From positions 29,390,001 to 29,454,000 of the forward strand of contig CM119371.1 of NCBI GenBank assembly GCA_051294905.1: a stretch of DNA of 64,000 nucleotides, in the 5' to 3' direction. The DNA comes from Botryllus schlosseri. Taxonomy: Eukaryota. The notes below the pieces were generated by a model that was not told the DNA's origin, searched no databases, and worked only from the letters and a program-made list of their open reading frames with translations. The translations under genes and the position numbers were made by a program. Positions 63,408 to 64,000 of this stretch are shown one piece after another (positions within the stretch are counted from its first letter, which is position 1; each line of letters starts with the position of its first letter).

Positions 63408-63627
63408 ATGAAGTCCATAGTTTGCTGTTGCGGAATATGGTTTACAGTGATACGCGGATCTTTTGCGTTGCCTGGTGGGGCGCCGAGCGGGGCTTGCAAC
63501 ACGTTCACGCCGCGACACGCAGATCGAGACAACGCCGGGAGTTTCATCAGCCCGCAAAGCTCGGATTCGCTACCTTACGAAATACGGCTCTCCAAATCGA
63601 ATTTCACAAGCAATGAGGTAGTCAGAG
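63408..63627 (+). CDS. First coding exon of a secreted Reeler-domain protein (FRRS1/defense-protein-like), 3'-partial
   Basis: Signal-peptide-like MKSIVCCCGIWFTVIRGSFA then LPGGAPSGACNTFTPRH...PQSS..LPYEIRLS, matching the Reeler N-terminal pattern P.GAP..AC....P.H...Q....PY; acceptor at 63388, donor gtgaga at 63628. Confidence 0.75.
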
Positions 63628-64000
63628 GTGAGATCATGTATTTCAATCGAATAAAAATTTCAAGGTATACCTATACTTCATTGTATATTACAAGTAACTG
63701 TAGAGGTTGCCAAATGGGTCAGCGTTGGTCCTCTAGTAAAATTAGGGGCAACGCCGTAAATTTCGAATAGAATACAAGTATCCTACATTTTTTTTTACTT
63801 AGGAAGTAGGTAAACATTGCTTGAAGTAGAGGTAGGAAATAAATGCGTGATGAAAAGTACTCAAGAATGTGGATTTTGTCGACTTGCCGCGTACTTTTAG
63901 CAGTTAGTCGCAGTTGACTACTTTCGAAATTGCAAGATGCCCCAAATGACAAGTGAAACTACAAACACTTTCACTTTACCAAAATAAGCTCAGTTACCGT

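Noticed and set aside
214..63952. Most ORFs in the six-frame track
   Set aside because: Short, often with non-ATG starts, inside repeats or antisense to real exons; the DNA is intron-containing eukaryotic sequence.

Overview
Eukaryotic, AT-rich, intron-containing animal DNA, probably a marine invertebrate such as an ascidian (taxon is an impression only). Three spliced protein-coding genes can be read by hand, all on the + strand; the ORF track misses or fragments them. (1) A PIGG/GPI7-type GPI ethanolamine-phosphate transferase, with 14 exons in the window (2..16205, 877 codons plus stop, N-terminus outside the window). It has one GC-AG intron and, unusually, substitutions at two predicted metal-binding aspartates in an otherwise intact frame. 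(2) A PLAC8/cornifelin-family gene (about 50521..53560). (3) The first coding exon of a secreted Reeler-domain protein (63408..63627). The rest is a dense, nested collection of transposable elements: many hAT MITEs and relics with 8-bp TSDs, a 617-bp near-perfect foldback, a non-autonomous LTR retroelement with a tRNA-Trp PBS, a Galileo/P-like long-TIR element with a 7-bp palindromic TSD, a piggyBac-like MITE at an ATAA site, a THAP-DDE (ISL2EU/Harbinger-like) relic, tRNA-derived SINEs and a LINE RT relic. There is also a tandem segmental duplication (25155..39627 / 39628..about 48150) whose two copies supply each other's empty insertion sites. All alignments and identities were judged by eye; no searches were run.
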